Part shown: one piece after another, positions 1 to 8,778 of the stretch
Layout of the letters: every line of letters begins with the position of its first letter
Numbering within the stretch: position 1 is the first letter of the stretch
From: an uncultured Bacteroidota bacterium
Lineage (GTDB): Bacteria > Bacteroidota > Bacteroidia > Chitinophagales > Chitinophagaceae
DNA length: 64,000 nucleotides
Assembly: GCA_963735015.1 (NCBI GenBank)
Contig: CAVTJH010000004.1
Span: 844,419-908,418 of the forward strand
Direction of reading: 5' to 3'
The notes under the pieces: model-generated
The model's input: the letters and a program-made list of their open reading frames with translations, nothing else
What the model was told of the DNA's origin: nothing
Database searches by the model: none
Position numbers and translations under genes: made by a program

Positions 1-237
1 AGCGCGGAATGCCTTAAGGCATTTAAACCAATGTGTTCACGCAGAAGGCGCAATGATCAATGATCTATGGAATAGAATATTGTTTAGTCTATGTCGGAAT
101 ACAGAGAAAAAAACAACATTGTTATAACTTGTGGTCATGCGGAGGAGAGGCAGCAACTCCGGCTCTCCCTGGTTTTCATTTTTGTGGCTGACCAGGGAAC
201 CGCAGAACCGATAAAGTCAATTTTTTACTGATCATTT

Positions 238-816
238 ATGAAAAAACAGGAAGCTGAGCGGATATCAAATGAAATTATTCATTTGTATTCCATTTACGGT
301 GGCGAAGAATATTCAGGAGAAAAAGTATCCCAACTGGAGCACATGGTCCAGTCGGCGCAGCTTGCGAGAGCGGAAGGATTTAATGATGAAGTAGTGCTGG
401 CTGCATTTCTGCACGATATCGGCCACATCGCAGAAAAAGTTACAGATGAAAACGCAATGAGCAGCTATGGTATAAAGAACCACGAAGCCATTGGAGCGTC
501 TTTTCTGGAGAATCATGGATTTTCCTTTCGTATTACAAGACTTGTTGCTTCACATGTGGCTGCAAAAAGATATCTTACTTTAAGGGAACCCGGTTACTAC
601 GATAAACTTTCAGAGGCAAGTAAACATACTCTGGAATTCCAGGGAGGGCCAATGTCTGATGAAGAAGCAGATTTACTGGAAGAAGACCCGCTGTTTCGGG
701 AAATTATACAGATGCGACGCTGGGATGAAGCAGCAAAACTTGAAAATCAGCCGATGCCTTCGCTGGATATTTTTAAGGAACTCATATCGCAGCATTTGGA
801 AGAACAGCCTGATTAG
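238..816 (+). CDS. phnZ: HD-domain diiron oxygenase, PhnZ/TmpB-like (phosphonate degradation)
   Basis: YSGEKVSQLEH, LHDIGH, HEAIGA, HVAAKRYL, QGGPM and RWDEAAK motifs; lies next to other phosphonate-cluster genes. Confidence 0.8.
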   Translation: MKKQEAERISNEIIHLYSIYGGEEYSGEKVSQLEHMVQSAQLARAEGFNDEVVLAAFLHDIGHIAEKVTDENAMSSYGIKNHEAIGASFLENHGFSFRITRLVASHVAAKRYLTLREPGYYDKLSEASKHTLEFQGGPMSDEEADLLEEDPLFREIIQMRRWDEAAKLENQPMPSLDIFKELISQHLEEQPD

Positions 817-873
817 TGATATTAATGGGCTAATCAAATTGAAATAACCGAAATCAAATCTTAAATAATTAAA

Positions 874-2166
874 TTGACCAGCCCTGCGACAGTAAAGAGT
901 CGAAATGATAAAGCAATTGCCCTTTCTGCTGCGATCATCAGCTTTCTGACTTATACTATGGTATATGGTTTTCGGAAAGGATTTACCGTTTGCAGTTTCG
1001 AGGGCATGCAATATGCGGGCATCAGTTATAAAGTATGGCTGGTTATCAGCCAGGTACTCGGTTATGCAAGTAGTAAGTTTTATGGTATTCGTTTTATATC
1101 TGAATTGAAAAAAATTGGAAGAGGTAAAATAATTTTATTGCTTGTAGGAATTTCCTGGACAGGACTTCTTTTGTTCGCGCTCGTTCCCGCTCCATGGAAT
1201 ATCTTCTTTATGTTTATTAATGGGTTTCCTTTAGGTATGATCTGGGGAATTATTTTCTCCTATGTTGAAGGAAGAAGGGCAACTGATTTTATTGGCGCAG
1301 CACTTTCTGTCAGTTTTATTTTTTCGTCAGGTTTTGTTAAAACGGTGGCAGGCTTTATCATGCAGCAATTCGGAACAAGCGAGTACTGGGTGCCTTTTGT
1401 TACCGGACTTGTCTTTGCAATACCATTACTCATCGCTGTTTTCCTGTTGGAAAAAATCCCGCCTCCATCAGCGGTTGACATGGAGGAGCGAAGCATTCGG
1501 CAACCCATGCCTGCGGCGCGCAGAAAGGAATTTGTAAAAATGTTTCTTCCCGGACTTATTGCATCTATTGGCATTTATGTTTTTGCAACTGTCTTTCGTG
1601 ACATACGAGATAATTTCATGGCCGACATGTTAAAAGAAAATGGCTATGGGATGCAACCGGCAATATTTACCCAAACAGAAACACCTATAACTGTAATCCT
1701 TCTTCTATTAATGGGCAGTATGATTCTCGTAAAAAATAACATAAAAGCATTAATTTATACTCATTTCATTATTATATCCGGTTTTATAATCACCGGGTTG
1801 ACGAGTATTCTTTTCTTGCAGGGATCAATAAATGCTTTTTGGTGGCTTACACTTACAGGCCTCGGATTGTACACAGTGTATATTCCATTCAATTGTATTT
1901 TTTTTGAAAGATTAATTGCCAGCTTCAGATTTCCAGGTAATGTGGGATTTCTTATATATGTCGCTGATTCTTTTGGATACCTGGGTAGCGTAGGGGTACT
2001 GATTACTAAAGAAGTCTTGAAAATAAAATTGCAGTGGACATCATTTTATTCACATGGTGCCGTTGCCCTTTCTACGCTCGGTATTGCGGGAGCTGTGCTT
2101 TCATTGGTTTATTTTTCATCAAAATATAAAAAACAGGAATTTATAAAAATAAATCCTGCTGTTTAA
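874..2166 (+). CDS. DUF5690-type multi-pass membrane protein (MFS-like putative transporter)
   Basis: About 11-12 hydrophobic segments; YGFRKGFT, SQVLGYASSKF, EGRRATD, FERLIASF, NVGFLIYVADSFGYLGS; TTG start. Confidence 0.75.
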   Translation: MTSPATVKSRNDKAIALSAAIISFLTYTMVYGFRKGFTVCSFEGMQYAGISYKVWLVISQVLGYASSKFYGIRFISELKKIGRGKIILLLVGISWTGLLLFALVPAPWNIFFMFINGFPLGMIWGIIFSYVEGRRATDFIGAALSVSFIFSSGFVKTVAGFIMQQFGTSEYWVPFVTGLVFAIPLLIAVFLLEKIPPPSAVDMEERSIRQPMPAARRKEFVKMFLPGLIASIGIYVFATVFRDIRDNFMADMLKENGYGMQPAIFTQTETPITVILLLLMGSMILVKNNIKALIYTHFIIISGFIITGLTSILFLQGSINAFWWLTLTGLGLYTVYIPFNCIFFERLIASFRFPGNVGFLIYVADSFGYLGSVGVLITKEVLKIKLQWTSFYSHGAVALSTLGIAGAVLSLVYFSSKYKKQEFIKINPAV

Positions 2167-2196
2167 GTCTGACTGTTCACCAGGGATAAATATATT

Positions 2197-3321
2197 TTAT
2201 AGAGAGTTTATCAGTTCTTCAGTAAGTCCGAATGATAATGTCATTCCCGCACCTCCGACGGCATTTATTATGAATATACCAGGTTCAGGTGAATGAAATA
2301 AATCGCTTTCGCCATTCGTAAGTTTTCCATAAACACCATTCCAGGTTTCAATCAGTTCAGGCTGGCGTAAGGATGCGAATTCTTTTAGATATTTCAGGAT
2401 CAGATCATTGATATATTTTCTATCGAAAGGATCAGGCTCTAATCCGTATTGGTGAGAATCACCTACCGTCAACTGGCCCGATTTATTTTGAGATACCATT
2501 ACATGTATTCCAAGATCCAGAAATTCAGACATTTCTTCTTTGTAACGTTTTTTTAATTTATCCAGGCTCGGTGCAGATTTAAAACTTGTATAATGTATCA
2601 GAGAAAGGCCACCGCACAATGCAGGGCCTATCCTCCGTGAGTTCTCTTCGACAAGTTTCATCATTTGCAGTTTGCATTTGGTCAGAGGGAATTTTGCAAA
2701 ATGGTCGGGAAACAATGTTTCAAAATCAGACCCGCTGCAAATAAAAACCAGATCGGCCTGCACAACTTCGGATCCGGCAATAATTCGCCCGCTTTGAACA
2801 GACGTTACAGTTTTACCCCAATTGAAATGAACATTAAGTTTTTCCTGGAAATAACCTGGCAATGTGGAAATGGCTTCTCTTGGGTCGATAATAATTTCTT
2901 CTTTGCTGTATAATCCACCTATGCAGTTTTTCTCATTTGCAATGCCGGATATATTTATTACCTGTTCTTTATTTAATAGAGACACATCTCTGCGTTCTTT
3001 TGAAAATATTTCAAATAATTCCTGTAACACCAGCCATTCATCTTCATGATAAGCCAGGTGCAGACTACCTACGGGATCATACCAAATCTTAGAGGCGTTT
3101 CCAATTTCTTTCCAGCAATCCCTGCTTCTTATAGCTCTTTCATATTGTTTTCCTGTAGGCTGTCCTATGGGCCAGATCATGCCAAAATTCCTTACTGAAG
3201 CCCCGGAAGCTTTAAGATTACGTTCAAATATTTTTACAGCATAACCCCTCATTGCTAAAGCACGCGCAGTGGCCAGCCCTACAATGCCGGCGCCAATAAC
3301 AATGGCTGATTTTTTTGACAT
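2197..3321 (-). CDS. FAD-dependent oxidoreductase, TIGR03364 (HpnW/PbfC-like) family
   Basis: VIGAGIVG Rossmann motif, GASVRNFG, KCKLQMM, GIHVMVSQ, GDSHQY, GGAGMTLSFG. Confidence 0.8.
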   Translation of the reverse strand: MSKKSAIVIGAGIVGLATARALAMRGYAVKIFERNLKASGASVRNFGMIWPIGQPTGKQYERAIRSRDCWKEIGNASKIWYDPVGSLHLAYHEDEWLVLQELFEIFSKERRDVSLLNKEQVINISGIANEKNCIGGLYSKEEIIIDPREAISTLPGYFQEKLNVHFNWGKTVTSVQSGRIIAGSEVVQADLVFICSGSDFETLFPDHFAKFPLTKCKLQMMKLVEENSRRIGPALCGGLSLIHYTSFKSAPSLDKLKKRYKEEMSEFLDLGIHVMVSQNKSGQLTVGDSHQYGLEPDPFDRKYINDLILKYLKEFASLRQPELIETWNGVYGKLTNGESDLFHSPEPGIFIINAVGGAGMTLSFGLTEELINSL

Positions 3322-3460
3322 ATTCTAAACTATTAATAAATCGATGACTCCAGGACATTTTGAATAAATTTAATGATTAGTTCATGCGGTAATACGACTG
3401 TTTATAAATGACCGGATTACATTTGGTAACTCTGTAATTTTTAAATCCTAAATAGTAAGT

Positions 3461-3501
3461 CCGGATAAACAGACTGAAAACGTTCAGTCTGTTTTATCTG
3501 G
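3461..3501. promoter_or_regulatory. Long near-perfect palindrome in the divergent intergenic region (operator or orphan terminator)
   Basis: CCGGATAAACAGACTGAA-aacg-TTCAGTCTGTTTTATCTGG. Confidence 0.5.
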
Positions 3502-3517
3502 CACTAATTGATCAAGT

Positions 3518-3671
3518 GTTGATACACGCAGAGAATTTATAAAAAATTATGGTCAATATGATTTTACGATAAAAATTGTCGGGCAGAATATCTACCCGGG
3601 AAGATATGCAGGCAGGGTGGAAACTGGTGAACAGAGTTATACTTACTCCTTATATGGGAAGAACAATCTGA
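3518..3671 (+). pseudogene. Internally deleted remnant of a Tat-exported phosphocholine-specific phospholipase C (PlcN/PlcH-type, DUF756 C-terminus)
   Basis: Frame from 3521 reads DTRREFIK joined directly to NYGQYDFTIKIVGQNIYPGRYAGRVETGEQSYT, then PYMGRTI* in the +1 frame; no ATG. Confidence 0.7.
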
Positions 3672-3684
3672 TAATAGATATTCA

Positions 3685-4371
3685 ATGATCAGGATGGTTG
3701 TTTTTGATATGGCAGGCACTACAGTCAACGAAGACAATGTTGTATATAAAACACTTCAGAAATCTATCAATTTAAGCGGATTTGATTTTTCACTATATCA
3801 GGTCATGGAGCAGGGCGCGGGAAGAGAAAAACTGCAGGCTGTCAAAAGTATTTTAAAAGCATATGCTCACATAGAAAACAACGAACTTGCGGATGAGATC
3901 TATCAGAATTTTATTGTTCTTTTAGCCGAAGCTTACAGAAATCTGCACGTACTTCCCCAACCGGACGCGGTTGATTTATTTCAGCATTTGAAGCGTGAGA
4001 ATATCCTGGTTGTTTTGAACACTGGATATAACAGGGAAACGGCACTTGGTCTCATCGAAAAACTTGGATGGGAGAAAGGTAAAGAATTTGATGAACTGGT
4101 TACTGCTACAGATGTAAAAGCGAACCGCCCGGAACCGGATATGATTTGGCTTGCAATGGAAAAGTTTGAAATTGCAGATCCTGGTGAAGTTCTAAAAGTC
4201 GGGGACTCAATTATTGACATTGAAGAAGGAAGAAATGCCGGCTGCCGTCTGAGTATAGGAATTACAACAGGTGCGCATACTTTCAAACAACTCCAAATGG
4301 CCAGCCCGGATTATATTATTAATAATCTGCTCGAACTTATACCAATTATTTCATCGACCGCTGGCCGTTAA
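3685..4371 (+). CDS. Phosphonatase-like HAD hydrolase (PhnX-like, TIGR03351)
   Basis: FDMAGTTV (PhnX-type DxAGT), GREK cap lysine, LNTGY, RPEPDMI, KVGDSIIDIEEG. Confidence 0.8.
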   Translation: MIRMVVFDMAGTTVNEDNVVYKTLQKSINLSGFDFSLYQVMEQGAGREKLQAVKSILKAYAHIENNELADEIYQNFIVLLAEAYRNLHVLPQPDAVDLFQHLKRENILVVLNTGYNRETALGLIEKLGWEKGKEFDELVTATDVKANRPEPDMIWLAMEKFEIADPGEVLKVGDSIIDIEEGRNAGCRLSIGITTGAHTFKQLQMASPDYIINNLLELIPIISSTAGR

Positions 4372-4416
4372 TCGTTAGCCGGATGACCGCAAACTGCCAA
4401 CCGTCAAAAGCCAACC
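4365..4416. repeat. Degenerate 7-mer arm (CCGCCAA family) between convergent stop codons
   Basis: ccgcaaa ctgccaa ccgtcaa aagccaa. Confidence 0.55.
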
Positions 4417-4421
4417 TTCAA

Positions 4422-5472
4422 TTAGTCTTTTCGTGACTCCAGTGTAAAACCAATGCTCGTTCCCACATCCGGAGTGCTGCGCACATGGATGGGTTGTCCG
4501 TGTGCTTCAATTATATGTTTGCATATTGCAAGACCGAGACCCGTTCCACCCTTATCACGACTCCTGGCGGAATCCGTGCGATAAAATCTTTCAAATATCC
4601 GCTGCAGGTGTTCTTCTTCTATACCAATTCCATCATCGGTAATTTCAACGAGTACGTGCTTACCGTCTGTAGAATAGACACTGGCAAGGATATTGCCAAA
4701 TTGCTTTCCATACTTTGATGCATTTTCTACAAGGTTGAGTAACACCATCCGGATCTTTTCTTTGTCAGCAAAAACAATCGTTGGATATTCGCAGCCTTTC
4801 TTAATTCCTGTACGCATGTTCTTATCCTGCATGTTTATGGAAAGAGATTCAAAAACTTCACGAATCAGATCCTGTATCACAAAATTTTGTTTGAGCAATA
4901 ATAATTCTCCCCTTTCCAGCTTCGATATTTCGTCAAGGTCGTTCACCAGATTTACCAGTCTCTCCACATTTCGTTCGGTATTTTCGAGAAAACGCTTTCT
5001 TACATTCAGGTCATCCATAGCACCGTTCAGAAGAGTGTCCACATAACCCTGAATAGCAAAAATGGGTGTTTTAATTCGTGGGAAAGATTCTGCAGGAATT
5101 CCTTTCGGAATGCTTCATTTTTACGCAGCAGTTCGATTTCTTCCATTTGCTTATTTCCCCATCTTTCCACGTCTTCGCCTACTTCATCGATACTTTTTTT
5201 GGGGAGGATATATTTGAAATAGACCTCTTCTTTCCTGGTAGCCTTTGTCTGGTGAATGAATTTATATATCAGCTTGATTTTTCGGTTGATGAACTTTTCG
5301 AAAGTCAAGCTGAATGAGCAGGTATGATCCGGCAAATACGATCAGGAGTGACCCAAGTCCGTTATTCCAGCTTGAAGTAAGTAAATAAATGCCTATTGCT
5401 ACTGAGGATGCAAGACACCGTAGCCGTGAAAGCGGATAATTGCTTAGGAGTAAGATTCTGCGTGTTGAGCAT
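4422..5472 (-). CDS. phoR: PhoR-like sensor histidine kinase (3 apparent frameshifts, near 5415, 5307 and 5072)
   Basis: Starts MLNTQNLTPKQLSAF right after the regulator stop; NLSHELK/TPIFAIQGYVDT H-box across a frameshift; NLVENASKY, DDGIGI, RIFERFYR, GGTGLGLAI. Confidence 0.75.
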
Positions 5473-6153
5473 TTAGTTGACAAACTTATATCCCACCCCT
5501 TTAACGGTAGTAATGCAGTCCAATCCGAGTTTCTGCCGGATCTTGCGGATATGCACATCTATGGTGCGGTCTCCAACAATAACATCATTACCCCATACCT
5601 GGTTTAGGATTTCATTGCGCAAAAATACTCTTCCCGGCCGGGAAGCCAACAGATAAAGCAGCTCGAATTCTTTTTTTGCCAGCGTGATCTGCCTGTCATC
5701 CACCTGTACTTCAAATTTTGTTGGATCAATACTAAGATTTCCTCTTTTGAGTACTTTTTCAGCCGATTCTTTATTAGAACGGCGCAGGAGCGCGCCTACC
5801 CGGCTTACAATTATTTTAGGACTGACCGGCTTGTTTACATAGTCGTCTGCACCGCTTTCCAGCCCTTTAATTTGAAAACCCTCATCATTTAATGCCGTGA
5901 GCATGAGGATGAGGGTGTCGTGAAAAACCGGCTGGGTTCGCAGGATCTCGCAAACCTCCACCCCGCTTTTCTTCGGCATCATAATATCCAGTATGATCAG
6001 GTCGGGCTGTGTTGATTTTGCCTTTAACAGTGCATCTTCGCCATCTTTCGCGGTTGTCACTTCATAACCTTCCCGGACAAGATTATATTGAAGAACTTCA
6101 AGGATGTCCGGCTCATCATCTGCGATTAGAATTTTCTTGCCTTTGGCATCCAT
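5473..6153 (-). CDS. phoB: OmpR/PhoB-family response regulator
   Basis: DDEPDI, LDIMMP, GADDYVNKP, KEFELL, DRTIDVHIRKIR, TVKGVGYK. Confidence 0.8.
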   Translation of the reverse strand: MDAKGKKILIADDEPDILEVLQYNLVREGYEVTTAKDGEDALLKAKSTQPDLIILDIMMPKKSGVEVCEILRTQPVFHDTLILMLTALNDEGFQIKGLESGADDYVNKPVSPKIIVSRVGALLRRSNKESAEKVLKRGNLSIDPTKFEVQVDDRQITLAKKEFELLYLLASRPGRVFLRNEILNQVWGNDVIVGDRTIDVHIRKIRQKLGLDCITTVKGVGYKFVN

Positions 6154-6169
6154 TAACAAAAAATTTACG

Positions 6170-6177
6170 CAAAACTA
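6170..6177 (-). promoter_or_regulatory. Bacteroidota -7 promoter element for the response regulator
   Basis: TAGTTTTG on the minus strand; TTTACA-N5-TTAATA 11-bp-phased repeat at 6215-6231 is a possible PhoB-type box. Confidence 0.5.
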
Positions 6178-6242
6178 ACCGAAAACAATCGTAGGGACGT
6201 GGAAAAGGATTGAGTTTACAATTTTTTAATACTGGAATTTCA

Positions 6243-6360
6243 GGCTAAAGGCCCAAAGCCAAAGCCTGAAGCTGTTAAACAGGAACAATTTCCTGATCGG
6301 GGCCTTAATAATTATCTTCCCCGCCAGCGGCATCCGTCATCGCCATCGGTCATCCGCCAT
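6243..6360. repeat. Two stacked degenerate 7-mer arms (AAGCCTA family and CGGTCAT family)
   Basis: ggctaaa ggcccaa agccaaa gcctgaa; gcggcat ccgtcat cgccat cggtcat ccgccat. Confidence 0.55.
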
Positions 6361-6420
6361 CTACTTGCGCATCCCGGAAATGGCTGTATTTTTGATACAT
6401 CGGGTTGGACCTGCTTAAAT

Positions 6421-8641
6421 ATGAAGATAATTATCCGTTTTCTCCTTTTTCCGTGTACCCTGGTATTGTCTTTGCCCCTCTGTGCGCAAACAGTAAATCC
6501 CGGTTTTAAAATTCAACAGGAGCGTAAATTGTGGCATGACAATATTGACAAAGAGCAAAAGAGACTTTTGGCCCTCGATGGAAAGGCAGACGACATCATT
6601 CAGGCCTCCAGGGACGAAAATGTCAATCTCGAGATAGCAGACGTCATGATCCGCCAGGTAGACCTTCTGCAGGAGAAAATCGAAATGGATTCCACACTTA
6701 GCGGGCAAATGAAGATTAAAAATCTTCGTTCCCTGGAATCAATGATCAGGGGGTATAACAACCATTTCAGGAGAAAAGATTTTCCTCCGTCCATGGCCCC
6801 TGCACTTTTTGATGCCTTTGTGAAAGCCATGGAAATAGACAGACTTAACAGTAGTATTGCACCTGTTATAGCCGAAAACAGTTATGGAATAGGAAATATT
6901 CTGGTGGAATGTTTTTTGTTACCCGTTGAAAACCCGGGAGTAAAGGAATCGCGTATTCTGTTGATCCGAAAATATTGCGATTTGCATCCAAATGAAATTT
7001 TCACAATTCTCAGTTCGAACCCGGGTCTTCCTTTCGCCGACAGCCTGATCGTATACGGGGGGAAAAAGAATATCCGAAAGTTGTACGATTATGCTTCCGG
7101 TAATACAATTCTTGCTAGTCGTATTCGCAACAGCAAGGACTCATTGATCAGTATGGTAGGAAAAATCGCCTCCAGTAAAAGCGGTCAGCTTTACCTGCCA
7201 TTTCTTGACAACCTGATCAACCACCGAATTACCATATCTGATATCAATAAAGTAAAAGATAATAATTTAGCTTACTACAAACTTCTGGTGCAAACGAGAA
7301 TGGACTACGCAGCCCGTATGCTTCCGCCACTGCTGGATACAGCTTTGGAAATGGAAGCCCTGACAACTATGCTGCAGAATAAAGGGAAAGATGTATTTGT
7401 GCGTGAAATCAATGCTCTTCACGATAAACCGGCTTCTGTACGGTTTAAGATACTTGATCCACTGAGCCCGGCAGAACTTTATTATCTAATCGTATTAAGT
7501 GAGGATGAAATATACACATCCAGTTATCTTGGTGTTTATGAGCGTATTTTTCAACGGATGTCCGTGCCGCGCGGAGACAGTCTGATTATCCAGATGCATG
7601 GTGATTATTTCAGGAAATTCATAAAAATGGCAGCGGCATACAACAAACTGGATTATTTCCTTGCAACGATGGATAAGGATAATGCGGCAACAATCATGAA
7701 AGCTTTTATTATAGGACTGGAAAGAGCCAATGAAGAAGACGCAGTCGATGTAGCCGATTCTTATAGCAGCATATTCGATAAAAACCCGCCACTTGCTGCA
7801 TTTGTTTTAAATGAAGTAAAATGGAATTATAAAAGAAATCTGCTAAACAGCGACAAGCGTGGCACAGTCATTTATCGCCTGATGGAATCCCTATTTGAAT
7901 CGGCCGATACAACCCAGGCATTTGATCTTTCATCTAAACTTGGTATTCCACCCGTGTATACAGTGAATTATGATTCACTGAAAGATGATAGTGGCCGGGT
8001 TATTCAACAGGTCTTTTTTTATGGGGACGAGGACAAGGACGGACAGAATTCATACCAGGATTTTCTGAAACTGTTTTTAAATAAACCCGAATGGAAAGTA
8101 ACCATGAATCCGACAAAGGAATGGATCTGGATACAATCCATAAGAGGAAAGCCAGTATGGATATTTGCTAATCGTCCTTTATATCGGAGAGGACGATCCG
8201 GATGATAAAGCGCAACACCATCTGGATGATTATCTGTATGACAACAAACTCGAGCCTACTATATATATTCATCGCGGACATAGTTATCATGTTCGTTATA
8301 CTCTCAAACAACTTCAGCCTTCAGCAAAGATTGTTATACTGGGCTCCTGCGGCGGGTATAATAATTTAAGCGAAGTGCTTAGCATTAGTCCGGATGCACA
8401 TATCATTTCTTCCAAACAAGTGGGGACGAAATCGGTGAATGAACCGATTTTGCAAGCCATCAACAACGACCTTTTGGATGGCAGCAATATTGACTGGCTA
8501 CCGATCTGGAAAACATTATCTGAAAAATTCAGGAAAGATCCCGTTGCACGCGAACGATTTGATGATTATATACCCCCATATAAAAATCTCGGCGTCATTT
8601 TTATAAAAGCGTATCGTAATGCCATGGGTGAGGAAGATTAA
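6421..8641 (+). CDS. Large exported hypothetical protein (one +1 frameshift near 8183)
   Basis: Signal peptide ending LCA-Q; ORFs 6421-8205 and 8165-8641 join at ANRPLY/GEDDPD; C-terminal HRGHSY and LGSCGG; TATTTTTG promoter at 6387-6394. Confidence 0.7.
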
Positions 8642-8644
8642 TTT

Positions 8645-8778
8645 AAAAGTAAAAAGTAAAAAAGTATTCGATTATTATGTTTTACTTCTCTATCAAGGAA
8701 TCAGATGAACAGACGGGAACTTAAGACGCCTTACCTTTGTTTTTTGAAATAACTTTTTACTTTTTACTGTTTACTTTA
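8645..8778. repeat. Inverted 7-mer cassette (AAAAGTA / TACTTTT)
   Basis: aaaagtaaaaagtaaaaaag after the stop; aactttttactttttactgtttacttt right before ATG 8779; TACCTTTG promoter (8732-8739) in the loop. Confidence 0.7.
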
